Shown here: positions 14,386 to 29,612 of the stretch, piece after piece
How positions within the stretch are numbered: the first letter of the stretch is position 1
Layout: each line of letters begins with the position of its first letter
Source: the human T2T-CHM13v2.0 reference genome, Homo sapiens
Length of the DNA: 64,000 nucleotides
Reading direction: 5' to 3' (one strand)
Assembly: GCF_009914755.1 (NCBI RefSeq)
Contig: NC_060931.1
Program-made: the position numbers and the translations under genes
Notes under the pieces: model-generated
Databases searched by the model: none
Told to the model about the DNA's origin: nothing
What the model saw: only the letters and a program-made list of their open reading frames with translations

Positions 14386-15074
14386 TCACCCTCAATAAGA
14401 GATAGAGATGATTTGAATTCAAGTCTGTCTGATTTCAAAGTTCCTGCTCTTTTAACCAGAAACTAGCATACCGCCAATGACAGCACACTGGTGTAAATCA
14501 ATTGTCATTAAGTTTATCTCTAACTTTTCTTTACTTCTGTGAGCCAATTTTGGGTGGCAGAAAAGAATGCTCTCTAAATTTAAGGTTTTAATGCCACTAA
14601 AATATAGAGGCACATAGAGTAGATTTTAATTCAAAGCAAAATTACTACTTAGAAACAGTTCTAATAGTAAGAAAGAAGTATAAAGCTATGCTGAAATTCA
14701 CCTATAAATAACTCCTATAACTAAAATTTGCCTCAGTTTTCACCAGTCTATAGGTACAAATTAGGTTACAATAACATTGGTACCTAAATTTTGCTGGATT
14801 ATTGCCCTCTTCTTGGTGACACAAGAAATATCTCCCCCTAAGTATTTCTGGGAGTTATTAGCTATCTCAAATATTTTCATAAATGAGCTCCCTTCCACTG
14901 CCCCTGCTACTACTCCAATAGAATCCTCTTGGTATCACCACATAGACAAGTCATTTCAATACTTTCTGAGCATCATGTTCTTCTTCTGCTCCTCTGGGAA
15001 CCACCATCATTGCCTTTGAGCTTTTATGGTGCTCTACTTATTGCAGAATTTGTATAGAAACACTCATATTCCAT

Positions 15075-15399
<325 letters not shown>

Positions 15400-15609
15400 C
15401 TATCATCTGGAGATTTAGGCAGCATTACTAGTATTTTATGTCACATAAAACCCATGATGAAAGTAATTTTTCAGCTTCTTCCTGCAGCCCATATCTCCCC
15501 TTGAGCCTTAGACTTAGGCTGGAGACTGAAGACTGAAGAACAAACATGACATCAGCTCTATTTCCTTGCCCACAGGAACACGAAGTTTCTGACAGATTCC
15601 CTTTTATTC

Positions 15610-17040
15610 CTGTCTTCAGTATTTAGCAAATATGTGTTGATTGCCTCCTAAAACCAGGCTTTCCATTAGTACTGAGAATGCTGAAGAAAATAGATGCAAT
15701 AGTGATAGAGACAATAAACAAATAAATACATATGTAATATGCTAGGAGGATGGATGATCAGGAAAGGCATCTCAAATAAGGTTACATTTCAGCAGCTACC
15801 TGAAAGAAGTGAAGGAGGGGAACATTTGTTATCTGGGGATGAGCTGTTTCAGGAAAATAAGATGGCATATGCAAAGCCAGGGGCAGGAGTATGTCCTCTG
15901 TGTTCCAGGAACAGCAAGGATGCCTGAATGGTTGCAGTTAAGTGAGCAAAGATGAGAGTAGAGGGCTAGGGGTTAAAGAATTATCCAGAAGCCAAATCAT
16001 TTAGGGCTATGTATATCCCTGTAAGTATTTTGGCTCTTACTCAGTGTCACAAGGGAACCCTTCAAAGTGTTACAAAGAAGTGGTATTATCTTGGTTCTTT
16101 TTAAAAGAACAACTTTAGCTGCTGTTCACAGAGTTGGCTTTGGGAGGAGGAGGTTGGAAAGGGTTGAAGCGGGATCCCAGTTCAGAGGCTAATACAGTAA
16201 TCCAGAGGAGAGAGGATAGGGCTATACAAGGCTAGTAGCAATTGTAGAAATGTTGGATGCTGGTTATGTTTAAAATGTAGACAGGGCAGCATATGCTGGT
16301 GAATGTATGTGGGATATCAAAGAAAGAAGGAAATCAAAGATGACTGCAAAAATGTTGCCCAAGCATCTGGAAGAATGAGTGGCAATTTATTGGGATGGGA
16401 AAAACAATAGAAGGATAGGGCTTTGCTTCAGAGATAGGAAGTTCAATTTTAGGCATGTCGTGATTCAAATTTTAATAAATATCCAAGAAGGTACTATTGA
16501 GTAGGTAGTTGGAAATACAAATCTGGAGTTCAGAGGAAAGGTCCGGGAATAGATATATACATTTGGGAGTAGCTGATGGGTAGATGTGTTAAAGACGGAA
16601 GACCACACAAGTAAATGCAGACAAAGAAGAGGCCAGGAAGATGTGAAGGACCAGCAAAGGAGAAGAGGTAGGTAATGAGGTAAAAAGGGAACCAAAAGAG
16701 AAGAGTCTGAAGGCAAGTGAAATCAGTGTGTCACGGTGGGAATGATCAACCCCATCAGCTGTTGTTAATTGACTATGTATGAGCAGGAACGACACCGTAA
16801 CCTTGAGAAGAGCTATTTCAGAGGAAAGATGGGAGAAGATTGTATAGTTTTCAAGTGGGAATGATAGTAGAAGAATTGGAGACAGAAAACAGAAAACTGC
16901 TTTGAGGAGTTGAGAGGTGAAAGGGAGCAGTTAATTGAAATAACAACTGCAAGAAAAGTGAAGGCAAAGAGGATTTTCTCTTCAGGAGATGAAAGCTGTT
17001 GCAGCCAGGTGTGATGGGAATGATTGGTGGCTGAGATGTA
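15610..17040 (-). mobile_element. Long L2 LINE fragment
   Basis: Typical antisense L2 body (e.g. GGAAGTTCAATTTTAGGCATGT, GTAGGTAGTTGGAAATACAAATCTGGAGTTCAGAGGAAAGG). Confidence 0.75.
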
Positions 17041-17735
17041 CTGAGGCATATGGTGCCTTCCCCCAGCCTTCCTGAAGCTGTGGGCAGAGTCTGGACCTGT
17101 TGTTCTGAGACTTCTCCATTTGGGGTATTGAAATCTCTTCCAATAAAACATTGCTTACCCAAGCTCATTTGCTGATAGAAATGATTTGGGTTTCTCCCTT
17201 TAGCTATGACAGATGCCTTCCTGTGCCCCTTCTTTCTATATGAATTTCAATAACTGCAAAAGGTTGGACAGCTGCCGTTGCTGCTTACGTTGTGAGTCTC
17301 ACTGAAGCACTTCCCAAAGGATGGACTCTCATCTTCTGCTCTGTCTTCTGGCAAATGTTAGGGCATCTTAGCTGCGTGGCCTGACAGTCTCATCTCCAGG
17401 GCGTTGTCTGTTCAGGGCACCTGGATGACTTACAGAAAAGAGCCTCATGGGCATCCTTCAACTTCTTTCTCTTTTCCCTTTCTAAGAACTACCACCTCTG
17501 TGGGCAGATTAACTCTTCTTCATGGTCACCAACTACACAAGCAAACATGTCTGAGTCTCAGTTTGGGATGAATATGGATCCATAGACCTTCCTGTAACCA
17601 CAAACACAAGATAGAACATTCAGAGTCTTTTTGAGGTCAATAGTGGTGTTAAAGAGCCCATGGTCATGGATGTTAAGGTCCCTCTTCCCAGGCTGCAAAT
17701 TCATTCTTAATCTCAGATTCCATATGAAAGCTATG

Positions 17736-17740
<5 letters not shown>

Positions 17741-17766
<26 letters not shown>
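17741..17766 (+). repeat. Pure A26 homopolymer
   Basis: Direct observation. Confidence 0.95.
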
Positions 17767-20700
17767 GCCTGGAGAGAGTATCTGGTTCATAGCAAACTCT
17801 TTCCCACCACCAGAAAACAAATTAAACATCAGTGCTATCTGGCTGAGATATGCATTGTCATTACAATGCCAGGATTATAATGCGAGTGAGAGTGCATTGT
17901 CATTATAATGCAAGGATAAGACACATACAATGAGTGCACATTTTAACATGTAGGTTTATATAATTAGCACTTGTTTAACAACACATCCAAGCATAACTGT
18001 GAGTGAAAAGACTAGAAGTAACTCCTACAGCAAAAAGACAGTTTCTGTCAAAGATATGCTTGGTGCCAGTTACTACTTGATAGGTTAATTCATGTGTCTT
18101 TTATATATTTAGTTATTTCTTCTCCCATCCCCAGAGAGGTCTCAGAAGAATAAACTCATTTCTTTTCAAAAGGAATTTGTTTCAGAATAGGAACTTATAA
18201 AATAAAAAATATAAATTTTCTGGTCTATTTTATAAGAAAAAGTCAAAGTAAATCCAAGTAAACATAACAGATGTTCCCTTACTGCTTGTCAGGTGACAAT
18301 ATTCACAACAATGATCTGTTTTAGGTGAAGGGAACAATGATGTAAAATATATGACTCTTGTTCTCCAGAATGTCACTCTAACTGTCCAGGATCATTATAA
18401 TTCAAATGTAACCTACATCAACTTTTCTACAAGACCCTCTAGTCTTATTCCTTCTCATTATATTCCTAGTTCTTTATCTTTCTTCATCCTGTTCCTCCTG
18501 TCTTAAAGTCTTTCTTTCTGTTCTGTTCTCCTCTCCTTCTTTTGAGACCTGACCCAGGTCCCATATTCTCCATAAGACCTTCCTGACTTCTGCACTGATA
18601 CTGAATCTTTCTTCTGAACACCACTAACATGCATTTTGGGTTCTACCCATGTGGCTCTTGGCCAGTGCTGCCTCAAATTGTTAGGGATATCATCCATTTC
18701 ACTGACAAAATTATAAACCCCACTGAGACGGAATCATCTGTAAATTATCTGATTTCCCCAAAGTTAGTCGACAAAAGGAGCTCAGTAAAACATAATGAAG
18801 ATATTGTCAGACTGGGAAGTCTCCTCAAAAGAGGTGAGACTGAAACTAGTAAATGAAGGAGGAATATGGTTTTTAAAAAACAAAGAGGCAAAGCAAGAAA
18901 AATTAATTTGCTGGAAGCAATAGGGGTTTGAACAAAGGCACAGAAATGAGAAGAAAGCTAAATATGTGCAGAAAAGCACATGGAAGGTGATCAGATGAAA
19001 GAAATGGTTTCATGCTAGGGAGCAATGGTAGAAATGTTTCTGTTAGATAGGATGAGGTCATATTATAACTTTTAAAATCCAGAAAGAGGGAATAACACTT
19101 GATGTCTTAGGGCTGAGATGACACTGGAGTGTCAACTCAGGTTCCAGTTCAAATGGAGAGGTAGTTGTACTTGTGGTCTGGGCTGAGCAGGATTTTGACA
19201 CCCTATCTTTGTTCACCTGAAAAGGTCGTGAATAATTTGTGATAATAATTAGTGATAACTGTCGCAGGTGTGGTGTTGTGGGAGTTGAAGCAAGCATGTT
19301 ACACATTTGCCAGCTCTATTATAGTGAGTCCTGAACTCACTGTAGTGAGAAGAGGAATGACAGATGCAGTGTTTATCCTGGCAGTGGGGAGGGGGAACAC
19401 GTTGGGAAGAAGTTATAATGAACTCAGGCTTGAGGTGACGAGGGTTTACAATAGGGGGCGGCAGTGGAATGGGGAGGAAGGGTCAAAGATATCTGGAAAT
19501 AAACAGACAAGTGGGTGAAAAAGAGCAAAGCATTCCAATGGGCTTTAAGGTTTTGAGCATGAATGTCAGCAGAGTGTAAGAGACTTTCTTTTAAATAAGA
19601 ACATAGATTAATAATTTGCCAACTGAGACAAATGTTGCTGACTGCCTCTACTAAGTGTCCCAGTCATGCAGGAGTTAAATCTACAGAAAGCTGTAGAATG
19701 CTATTATTTTAGAGCCCTGCGAAAATGTAATTTGATTAGTCTATTGGACGATATTCCAAAGAACCAAATGTCTTCCATGAATCAGTCAGAAATGCTTAGG
19801 AAAACCAAAATAAAAAATGCTTTCTAAGCCAATAAAGGTGCTAATTAGTGCCTTCTGCATATCTAACTACATCTTCTCCAGTAATACATTTTGCAGGGTT
19901 AAGTGCGGTGTCTGCTGCTTCAGATGGCAGAAGTCCACCTAACAGTGGGGAGGGTGGCTGGAGACTCAAGTATCTAAAAGGGAGTTAAAACTGACATTTT
20001 AACCCATGGAAGGAGATGTATCAAATAGAGTGGGAAAAATTTTTTTCTCACTTTAATTTTTCTCCAAACCCTTAGGAAACTTGGGGATAGTAGGACTTAG
20101 TGTTTGTTTTTTTCTTTCTCCCTCCCCAAACACTCTTAGAGAGTAAAATCTGGTTTAAAAAAACCTAACCAGGGTATCCTGGAGGGGAAAAAATAGAGAA
20201 AATATCAAAACCAAGCAACTAGAGAAGCAAGTATAGAATTGAGGAAGACCCTAGCGAGCGGTCTTGTGTTGGTGGTACAGGTACACATGTATACTACCTG
20301 GGGCAGTCTCAAGCCTGGTGCCTGCAGAAACCTGGGAAAATCCAGGTAGCAGGAGTAGTTTGTCTGTCCTGTGATGGCATTCCCTAGGCGTGAGCTTCCT
20401 GCTCTGATCTGAGGTAGCAGACTCAGATGCTTCCTGGAGCCAGACAGGTAATTGCTAATGATAGAAGCAAGTGGGATAGCGACGGCAGAAAATTGGAGAG
20501 CAGGTTGCCTTCAACAGATTGCTGCCCTGAAGACACCTGGGCCGGGGCTGCTGGCTCTTCCAAGTTTTAAGGAAAGTCTAGCAACCCCAATCCCTGTGAG
20601 AACTGGCACATTGTGAGCCACCAGCTTGCACTTCTCCATTCAAGTTCATTATTAAGAACAGGCAAAGGGAAGCAGGACCTGGCCCTGACAAACACATCCT

Positions 20701-21150
20701 CAGGTCCCGGGAAATTTACCTTACAAATTAACAAAATGGGGAAAACCAAAACAAAACAACCACCCAACATACAATGAATAATAGTTTCTTATTTCCCTGT
20801 GCAAGGCTCCCAACTGCCTGAGTCTAAATGTTGGAAAAAGCTATCACTGCTTCTGCAATGATCAGGAAGTAAACTCACAGTAACGCTGTGAAAATACCCC
20901 TTGGTCTCCCGGGACCCTGGGAGCCCAGAACATAAAATGGAAATCAAAAAATAAAACTATCTTTAATAATTTTATAACAACTTTTAAAATGAGGTTCATC
21001 TTGTGAGTTTAAAAAATCATATTCAGTTTTCCTTGCCTTGGTTTTCTCCAAAATCTAAGCTCAGCAGCAGAGAAGGCTGTATGTCTGAATGTACTGTCTT
21101 TAGACAGACATTTGTATCATTTGAAACAAGATCAAGAAGAGAAAGTAATA

Positions 21151-21499
<349 letters not shown>

Positions 21500-23295
21500 C
21501 TAGGAGGGTGAGATTCCAGTGAGGGGAGTCAGACACCCGACCTGACATCCTCTAATTATTGGTGACTGCTGGGCCCCACAGGATGCTAGTTGTACTGTGA
21601 AAGGCAAGAAAGCCCTTTCCCCAGCTGGTTCTAAAACTGTGTAAGGCTTTCATATGTGTCATCAGACCATGACCCAAATGGTCCACTTTGCACATTCCCT
21701 AGCAAACATGTTACCATTAGGGACTTTTTCTCTTGGAGAGTGCCCTTGGCTCCCTAGCAATCAGATTGCTCCTGATCAAGTGACAGGACACAGGGCGTGG
21801 TCCATGGAGTGTATCCTCTAGATCTGGTGGGCACTAGAATCCCTTCAAGAAGCCCTGGGTGAAGGGCTCCAGATTCTGGATGACTGGGTTTTCTGGATGA
21901 CTCGATTTTCTGCAGGGCTAGGGTTTTTGAAAACTCAGCAAGGCTGAGCTAACTCTTCTCATCAATATCTGAAAACGGATCATTTCCTCTCTGACAGTTC
22001 GTGCAATGCACTGTGGCTACAAGGCCAGATCCCTGGCCTGATGTACACGTTTATTCACACATTCTAGGAAACCCAGAGCAATAGCAGGCAAACAAAAAAG
22101 ACCAAAGCAGTGGCAAGAATGTCAGTGCTGGCAGAATATGCAGCCAAATGTCCTAGAACCATGCAATGTTTTAGGTGAAAATGGGTGTTCAAAAACTCTC
22201 CAGAATCATCTCGAAGAGCTAAACCAGGCACAAATGGAGGCCTTACTTTGTGAGTTACATGCAAAGTAGTAGATAGAACTGCTGCTGGTAGGAAGGAGGC
22301 AGGAATAAATATTTTAAAAATTGCTTGAAACAATATTTTATCTTCCATTTAGGCAACTTATTATTTAATTCATTGTGGCATCAAGTTATTACAATATGAT
22401 CACCTAAAAATTACACGGTGCTTGCATCTATGACATGATTAATAAGGTGGCAAATGGGCTTTCTCTCATCTGACAACTTCAATCAATTGGCAGTGGTTTT
22501 ATGCGTTTCAGAAGCTCTGAGATGGAGTTGGGTGCAGTGAGCAAGAATGCCGCAATGGATTAGCCATGCCTGCCTAGCTGAATTGGGTATTGACTTGGTA
22601 GTTTTCAAACTCTGGCTCCTGAAGGTGCCTCACGGGTGAGGGAAGAGCTAAGTGGAAGAGCACTACATTCAGAACAGCTCTTTTTAAATTTATTTAAATT
22701 ATTAGAATTTTGCAAAGGATTTTATATTATTGTGGAATTCCTATGATAAAACCTAGTGTTTTAAAACTACGAAGATAAAGGGGAAAAAAAGACTGGTGTT
22801 CTGATTCTAAGTTCATTTCTGACCTGGTGCATAAGTTTGAGTCAAATATTCTATTGTAATTTACATAAATATTTGTCACCAAATGTCACATGGAAAATTT
22901 TTGAAACATCACAGTTATTTCCTAATAATGGTCATTTACTCTGATATTCCATCCTTGATCATGGCTCCCTAGAATGTTTTATTATGAGCATTTATATATT
23001 CTCTTTATGTTTTCAACTTCTAAAGTTTATATGTACCCCATCTTACCCTGTTTCTTTTTTAATTCCACTTATGAAATTTATTCTAAACAAAGGATAGTAA
23101 ATAACTCAATCTTATGTGATAATTCCAATCAGTTGGTAGTGGTTTTCCTGAAGAAGGGATAAGAAAAGTGACAAAATTGGTAATGATGTCTGCCATGGGA
23201 GTAGCATTGGGAGTGATAGCACAGAGGCCGTATATATTCCCACTCACTATTTAAACCTTTAAAATCGATTCTATTTCTCACCCCGCCTGACTCTT

Positions 23296-23424
23296 TTTTT
23301 TTTTTTTTGAAACGGAGTCTTGCTCTGTCACCCAGGCTTGAGCGCAGTGGCGCAGTCTCCGCTCACTGCAAGCTCTGCCTCCCGGGTTCACACCATTCTC
23401 CTGCCTCAGCCTCCTGAGTAGCTG
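23296..23424 (-). mobile_element. 5'-truncated AluY (part of right monomer) with 18-bp TSD
   Basis: AluY-type GCAAGCTC..CCATTCTCC; TSD TCACCC(C/T)GCCTGACTCTT at 23278-23295 and 23425-23442. Confidence 0.95.
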
Positions 23425-23551
23425 TCACCCTGCCTGACTCTTATGATGATAGTTACATTTGTTTTGTAGAGCAGAGACATTACTGTACCTATTTTCTCAC
23501 TACTTCTTTAAATTGTAGTCCTGTATTCTGAGCTTAGTTAAGAATCCACTA

Positions 23552-23845
<294 letters not shown>

Positions 23846-24559
23846 TCACTATTTACTTGCAAGTCAGTAATACATCTCCAGTCTTTATCCTTCTAGACCA
23901 GTCTTCTTTTTCCATTTAACAGGGTCACTAAGCCTTTTGAAAATCTTCTGAAAATGATGGGTATTCTTATCTCCACTCCCAAAATTTGGCATTTAGAGAC
24001 AAATTCACAGGTACCTGTCGTCTATTCATAGACCCTCTACTCAGACAAGAACCCTAGCCCTTTATTCTCTTCAGTATTCTTTCATATGTTTAAATCATTC
24101 AGGATTGCTTTTCCAAAATTTCTCCTAACCTCTATTATCTTTCTTATGGTAAAAATCTTTATGTTCTCATAGAAATACAGCTTGGCAACACTTCCCAGTT
24201 TCACACACGTCACACATTTGCACCCAGGAGAGCAACAAGTAAGCGGAAATAAGAACACTGGTGAACCTTCTGAGGAATTTGCCCATATTCTAAGCATTTT
24301 CTTCTGCACGTGTCAGCCACATTTTATATCATGATACAGGGTCTGAATCTTGCAATGGCCCCTGAATAAGCCTCTCTGATAACCAATATTTATTTCCTCT
24401 ATTCTGTCTTCAGCACCGCTATCAGGCAAATGAACATTCAGCATCATCTTTCTCACATTTACTTGTTTGCTCAAAAACCTTTCGTGGTTTTCATGTCCTA
24501 ACACATACATATACACTCCTCTTTCTGTCTTTCAAATAAGCTATAAGATGCTCTGTTGG

Positions 24560-24950
24560 CAGTGTGGTGTTACAGAAACAACAACAACAAGCTAAAATAA
24601 GTTGCAGCATCCTACTAGCCATGAGAAATTTATTTAATCTCTCTCAGCCTCAGTTTTCCTCTGTGTTAAGTGGAGATCAATAATATCTATTTCAGGGATT
24701 TGTTGTGAGAATTACAAGAGAATGTGTGTGTAATATGCTTAGCACATTGCCTCGCACTAAGTTAGTGCTAAATAGTCAATGTTATTGCTGCAATCAATAA
24801 TAAAGGTAAGAATAAATTCCTAGATGCACTACTTTTGACTGTATGACTATGGGCTCATTACTAAAGTTCTGTGAATCTCAGTTTCTAATCTGAAAAATGA
24901 GGATAGGTTCTAATTTTAAGGCTGTTGGAAGGATTAGATGATACAAATGA
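24560..24950 (+). mobile_element. Two tandem MIR fragments
   Basis: CTCTCAGCCTCAGTTTTCCTC..TGTTGTGAGAATTA and TCTGTGAATCTCAGTTTC..AAATGAGGATA cores. Confidence 0.7.
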
Positions 24951-25466
24951 AGGGAATATGCTTCATACATGCTGGGCCCTTCATGTATTATTTTTTGCCT
25001 GTCCCCACACTACTTCACAACTTCCTGTACCATGAGAGAGCATCCCTAAATGCCCTATGAGCTAATCAGACTACCCCTAGCACTCTGCTTTGCACTTTCT
25101 GTAGACATCTTTTTTCTCTTTAAGGGCAATGTGTCTTTTAAGGGCAATGCCTCTTTTCCAGCCATCAAATTCTCCCATTCTTAAAAATCCAAGACAAGTA
25201 CCACTTCCTCCATGAAACCTTTGCTGAATACTCCATTTAGCACTGACTTCCCTCTCCATTGAGCCAGTACATTTCTTCACGTGTTTGTCATACCATGTAG
25301 CCATTAATTTCATTCTGTCTATTCACTGCAGTGATGCCTTGTATTTCATGCCTATATAACCTTGGATATGGAAATTCAATTCTACCTTGGTTTCATTTGG
25401 GGTTGAGAAAAACTTCCGCAAGATAAAACGAAATAAAGTTCCCCTCTACTTTTTTTGTTGTTGCAG

Positions 25467-25518
25467 TTTCTTTGTATGAACAAGGGATGGTTCAAATGAC
25501 TGTGAAAGACTACATGAG
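25467..25518 (+). CDS. ITPRID1: ITPRID1 coding exon 4 (VSLYEQGMVQMTVKDYM; 52 nt)
   Basis: TTTTTTGTTGTTGCAG acceptor, GTAGGT donor, phase 1 to 2. Confidence 0.9.
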
Positions 25519-25949
25519 GTAGGTAGCAGAATCAGTGTTACTTCATGCCAATATTTTGCAGCCACACCTTTGCTGAATAAAATAGAAGTAGGGAAGTTTT
25601 CTTAATATTGCCATAGCTCTTGGGATCTCGTGAAAGGTAACTGGTTTAGTCACAGTGCCTAGAATGTTTACATCAGCTTTGAGAGAAATAGAGGTTCCTT
25701 AAAAATCATAAAATTGTGAGCAAATTAAATCAACAAATGTTGATGTGGGGGAAAATTTAATTACAACATATGCATAAATGACATTCTACTGTACTGCAAC
25801 TGTTCATAAGGACCTGTTTATAAAACAGTTGCATTCAATATTTTCATTTTGGCTAATGTAATTGATTATTATTCTATTTACTGGACAACAATATATACAA
25901 TTTCCAATGCTAGGTAGAAAGCAGTGAGAGTCTCTTCATTGGAGGAAAT

Positions 25950-26136
25950 ACTAGGTCTCAAGTGTGGTGCCCAGAACACCAGCATTAGCATTGTGGGGGA
26001 CCTTCATAGAAATGCAAATTCCCAATCCCCACCCTAGACCTACTGAACCAGATCATTTGGAGGTAGGGTCCAGAAATCTGTATTTGTGCATGTCCTTCAG
26101 ATGACTTTTTCAGCCACACTCTTTTAAAAACCACTG
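25950..26136. mobile_element. MER5A (hAT-Charlie) DNA transposon
   Basis: TCTCAAGTGTGG..AGAAATGCAAATTC..CCCCACCCTAGACCTACTGAA..AGAAATCTGTATTT..AACCACTG. Confidence 0.85.
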
Positions 26137-26732
26137 GAATAGACTATGAGCTCTTTCAGGTTAGGAACTCCCCTTCCTGCGCTTTTGTCACCTTCGCATT
26201 TTCAGGATAATTCCAACTAGTCGTAAACCAAATCTGCAGTACTGCATCCCCCTGCTGCTACCAATTCACCCCTAAAATGCTATTTGTCATAGATTTTTCT
26301 CCTGCAGGATTGGTTGTTTTTGCTACTTATAGAATCATAGAGCTATAAAAGACCACAGAAATCTCTCAGGCAACTCTCGCTTTGTTGAAGAGGAAAATGA
26401 GAGCCAGGTTCTGTGACCAACTCGTGCTTCCAGGCTTTATTACAACAGTGACTCTGTATTGGTTCTCCTTGGATCCAAGGGCAGGCTGCTTCTGGGTTGC
26501 TCTGCTGCACCTTCCAAAATAAGGTGTGGCCCTCAAACAAAGAAGGAAAAATAAATTATGGCAGGCCTAATGAAAACTGAGGTGGGGCAATAAGTGAAAG
26601 GGTATCTTCTGCCTCTCCTTGAGGCTCAAGGAGCTCAACTGTCTGTTAACAGCAGAGTTTTTACTATCCAGAAAAACACACTTTCTCAACCTTACAGAAC
26701 AGAAGCAATTAAAGGACAGGGCCCAGCTATTG

Positions 26733-27034
26733 TTTTTTTTTTGTTTGTTTGTTTGTTTTTGAGACAGAGTCTCTGTCACCCAGGCTAGAGTGCAGTTGCG
26801 CCATCTCAGCTCACTGCAATCTCCACCTCCTGGGTTCAAGCAATTTGCTGCCTCAGCCTCCCGAGTAGCTGGGATTACAGGCACCTGCCACCACACCTGG
26901 CTAATTTTTGTATTTTTAGTGGAGAGGGGGTTTCACCATCTTGGCCAGGCTGCTCTTGAACTCCTGACCTCATGATCCACCCACCTTGGCCTCCCAAAGT
27001 ACTGGGATTACAGGCGTGGCCACCATGCCTGGCC
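26733..27034 (-). mobile_element. AluS full length
   Basis: Antisense dimer with (TTTG)n tail, TSD CAGCTATT. Confidence 0.97.
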
Positions 27035-27794
27035 CAGCTATTCTTACCAAATGTAGCTAGAACAAAGTTAGCAACCCAAGTAGGATACCTTGTTCTCCTT
27101 GGGAACATTGATATCTGCATTGTATTTTTAATAAATTCTAAATATATGCCAACTGGCTATTATATTTGATGGGGCTAGATGTGATCCATGGTATAGCTGA
27201 GCTATATGTATAAAACTGAACTATATTATGACAGGGTTCCACTCTCTTTGGAAGCACTTTCAAATGATCTGCAAAGCAGGCCTATTGGATAGTGATGTTC
27301 ATTTTTTCCATAGTAAAGGAGTTTGTTAGAAATGCATATGGATGGCTACAGGAGCCCTGGAGACAGCACTTAGAGAGTGTTAGCCATGTGATATGAAATC
27401 CTTCACTAGTATGAGAATTAATGTAGAGTCACTTCAGTGACGGCTGGCTGTACTTCTTTCAGCATATAATTTTAACTTCTTCCTGAAAGTTGGTGCCTAG
27501 CAAAGCTGTGTTCCTGAAAGGTTCCCCAATGATATGCCATCTGTCAAAAGTGAGACATTCTGTCACCTTCATAATGAGCACTAGCGGGCACCTAATGCTT
27601 AAATTCTTACACCTTCTGTAATACAACGCTCTTGAAAACAGGAGCAGCTCCTCCACTGCAAGCTGTCTTCTGCAAAGGTGTGGTCATTATGGGATTATTA
27701 GAGACTAAGAGGAAATGCAAATGTTTGCTCTGGAAGGAAAAGATTCACAATGACCTCCCAGGAGACTATCTAAATCAACACATCTCATTGTTGA

Positions 27795-27926
<132 letters not shown>

Positions 27927-28849
27927 TGAGAAATCATTCTGTGCAACAATGGATTTCATGAAATTATAAATAGGCACTTGTTGAATGAATGGATGAGAGA
28001 ATGAATAAAAGATTTTCAAACCCCATCTTGCAATAACAATATAAAAGAGTTAAAGGAGTTAATAAAATTGGAAACAGACTAAATATCTGTCAATGGGGAA
28101 ATGGCCAAATGAGTGATTGGCCAGTTCATTTTACAGAATTCCATATAGTGATAAAAAGCATAGTCAGACATACACATATTGGCTTAGAAAGCTCTATATG
28201 CCATATTTTTTAAGATTAAAAAAAGCAAGATGCAGGAAGGTATATAGAGTATGTTACTATACATAAAGCAAACAAATGAAAACCATAAAACATGTATGTA
28301 ACTGCATAGGAAAATGTCTGGAAGGATACACATAGGTTTAACTGGAAGAGGGTCAGGATTGGTGGGGGTAATAATTGAGGGGAGTGAAAGCATTTTGTGT
28401 ACTATTAAAAATTTTTTAACAAAGTCAGTATATCTAATTTCTTCCACCATTAAGTATTACTTAAAAAGTTAATGATATTTTCATGATGATATGAAAATAT
28501 GTTTAATGACCAATCAATACTTATATTCTTGGTCAAGAGACTGAAGCCTTTGGAAAGCAGGAACTGTGTTCATTTTTGAGCCATGTGTACCTAGCATAGA
28601 ACCTAGAACATGACAGATATTCAATAAATATATGTATAAATGGGTAGGATAAACATTTGTACAGTGAAGTCACTATGATAACAGATTAAATCTTTCATGC
28701 AACTTTAGATTTCTCACCAGAATTTTTTTCTTCCTTGAACCTCTTTATATTCAGGTGTCTGTGTCAGTGTAATCAAGTGATTGGCATTCCTGATTCCCCT
28801 GGTAATCCCATGATTAAGATATCCAAATGGAGCCATCTCCAGTTCACGT

Positions 28850-29075
28850 TATAAGTTTCAATAATCAATTGCACTGCATGGTGACCACAGTTAATATTAA
28901 CTTATTGTGATTTCAAAAATGCTAAGAGAATATTAGTTCAGATGTTCTCACCACAAGTGATGTAGTGGGTGTTTTAATTGGCTCGATTGAATATTTCTAC
29001 AACATATACATAGAACAAAACTTCACACTGTACTCCATAGATACACACAATTATTATTTGTCAATTAAAAATTTT
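28850..29075 (+). mobile_element. L1MA-type 3' end
   Basis: GCATGGTGACCACAGTTAATA..ATGTTCTCACCACAA..ATTATTATTTGTCAATTAAAAA. Confidence 0.75.
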
Positions 29076-29454
29076 AGTTTTTTTTTTTTAAAAAAGAGAC
29101 ACAAAATAATTAAAGAAAAAAAAGAAAGTGTGAACATGATGCTGGTTGTATCTGGTAAGTGGGCGTCCCCAGTGAGATAGCTACCTGTTGTTGAATGTGT
29201 AAATGGCTAAGTAAATGAATTGTAGTTAATCCAATTTCAATTAGGAAGTCACTGAAGTAAAATTATCTAAACTATCTCAAATAGGCTCATTATTGTTGCA
29301 TGTAAAGAAAAGGCAAACAAAAACTTCAACAAAAGAGCTGAGCAAACCTGGTAAAATCTCGTCAAAAGGTCTGCTTCCCATGGAATCCATGAAAGACTCC
29401 CATAGTCTCCTGGGTTAGCTCAGTAACTTAGGCAAAGTTCAGACATGAATTGGC

Positions 29455-29612
29455 ATACATAATATAACTATTTATATTTATAAATATAACAATTAAATAT
29501 AGAATTGTAATATGTCTATAATTATAACAAAATTAAATAATTTAGATATTTATATATACAAATCAAATTAAAAATATATATAAAATTTTAATAAAAATTA
29601 TAAATATAATTT
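29455..29612. repeat. Very AT-rich low-complexity tract
   Basis: Direct observation. Confidence 0.85.

Noticed and set aside
17845-17918. CRISPR-like repeat-spacer-repeat
   Set aside because: Only two degenerate units, a 17-nt spacer, primate DNA, no cas genes
21876-21912. 17-bp tandem duplication CTGGATGACT..TTTT (similar case at 25117-25155)
   Set aside because: Ordinary slippage duplications with no further structure
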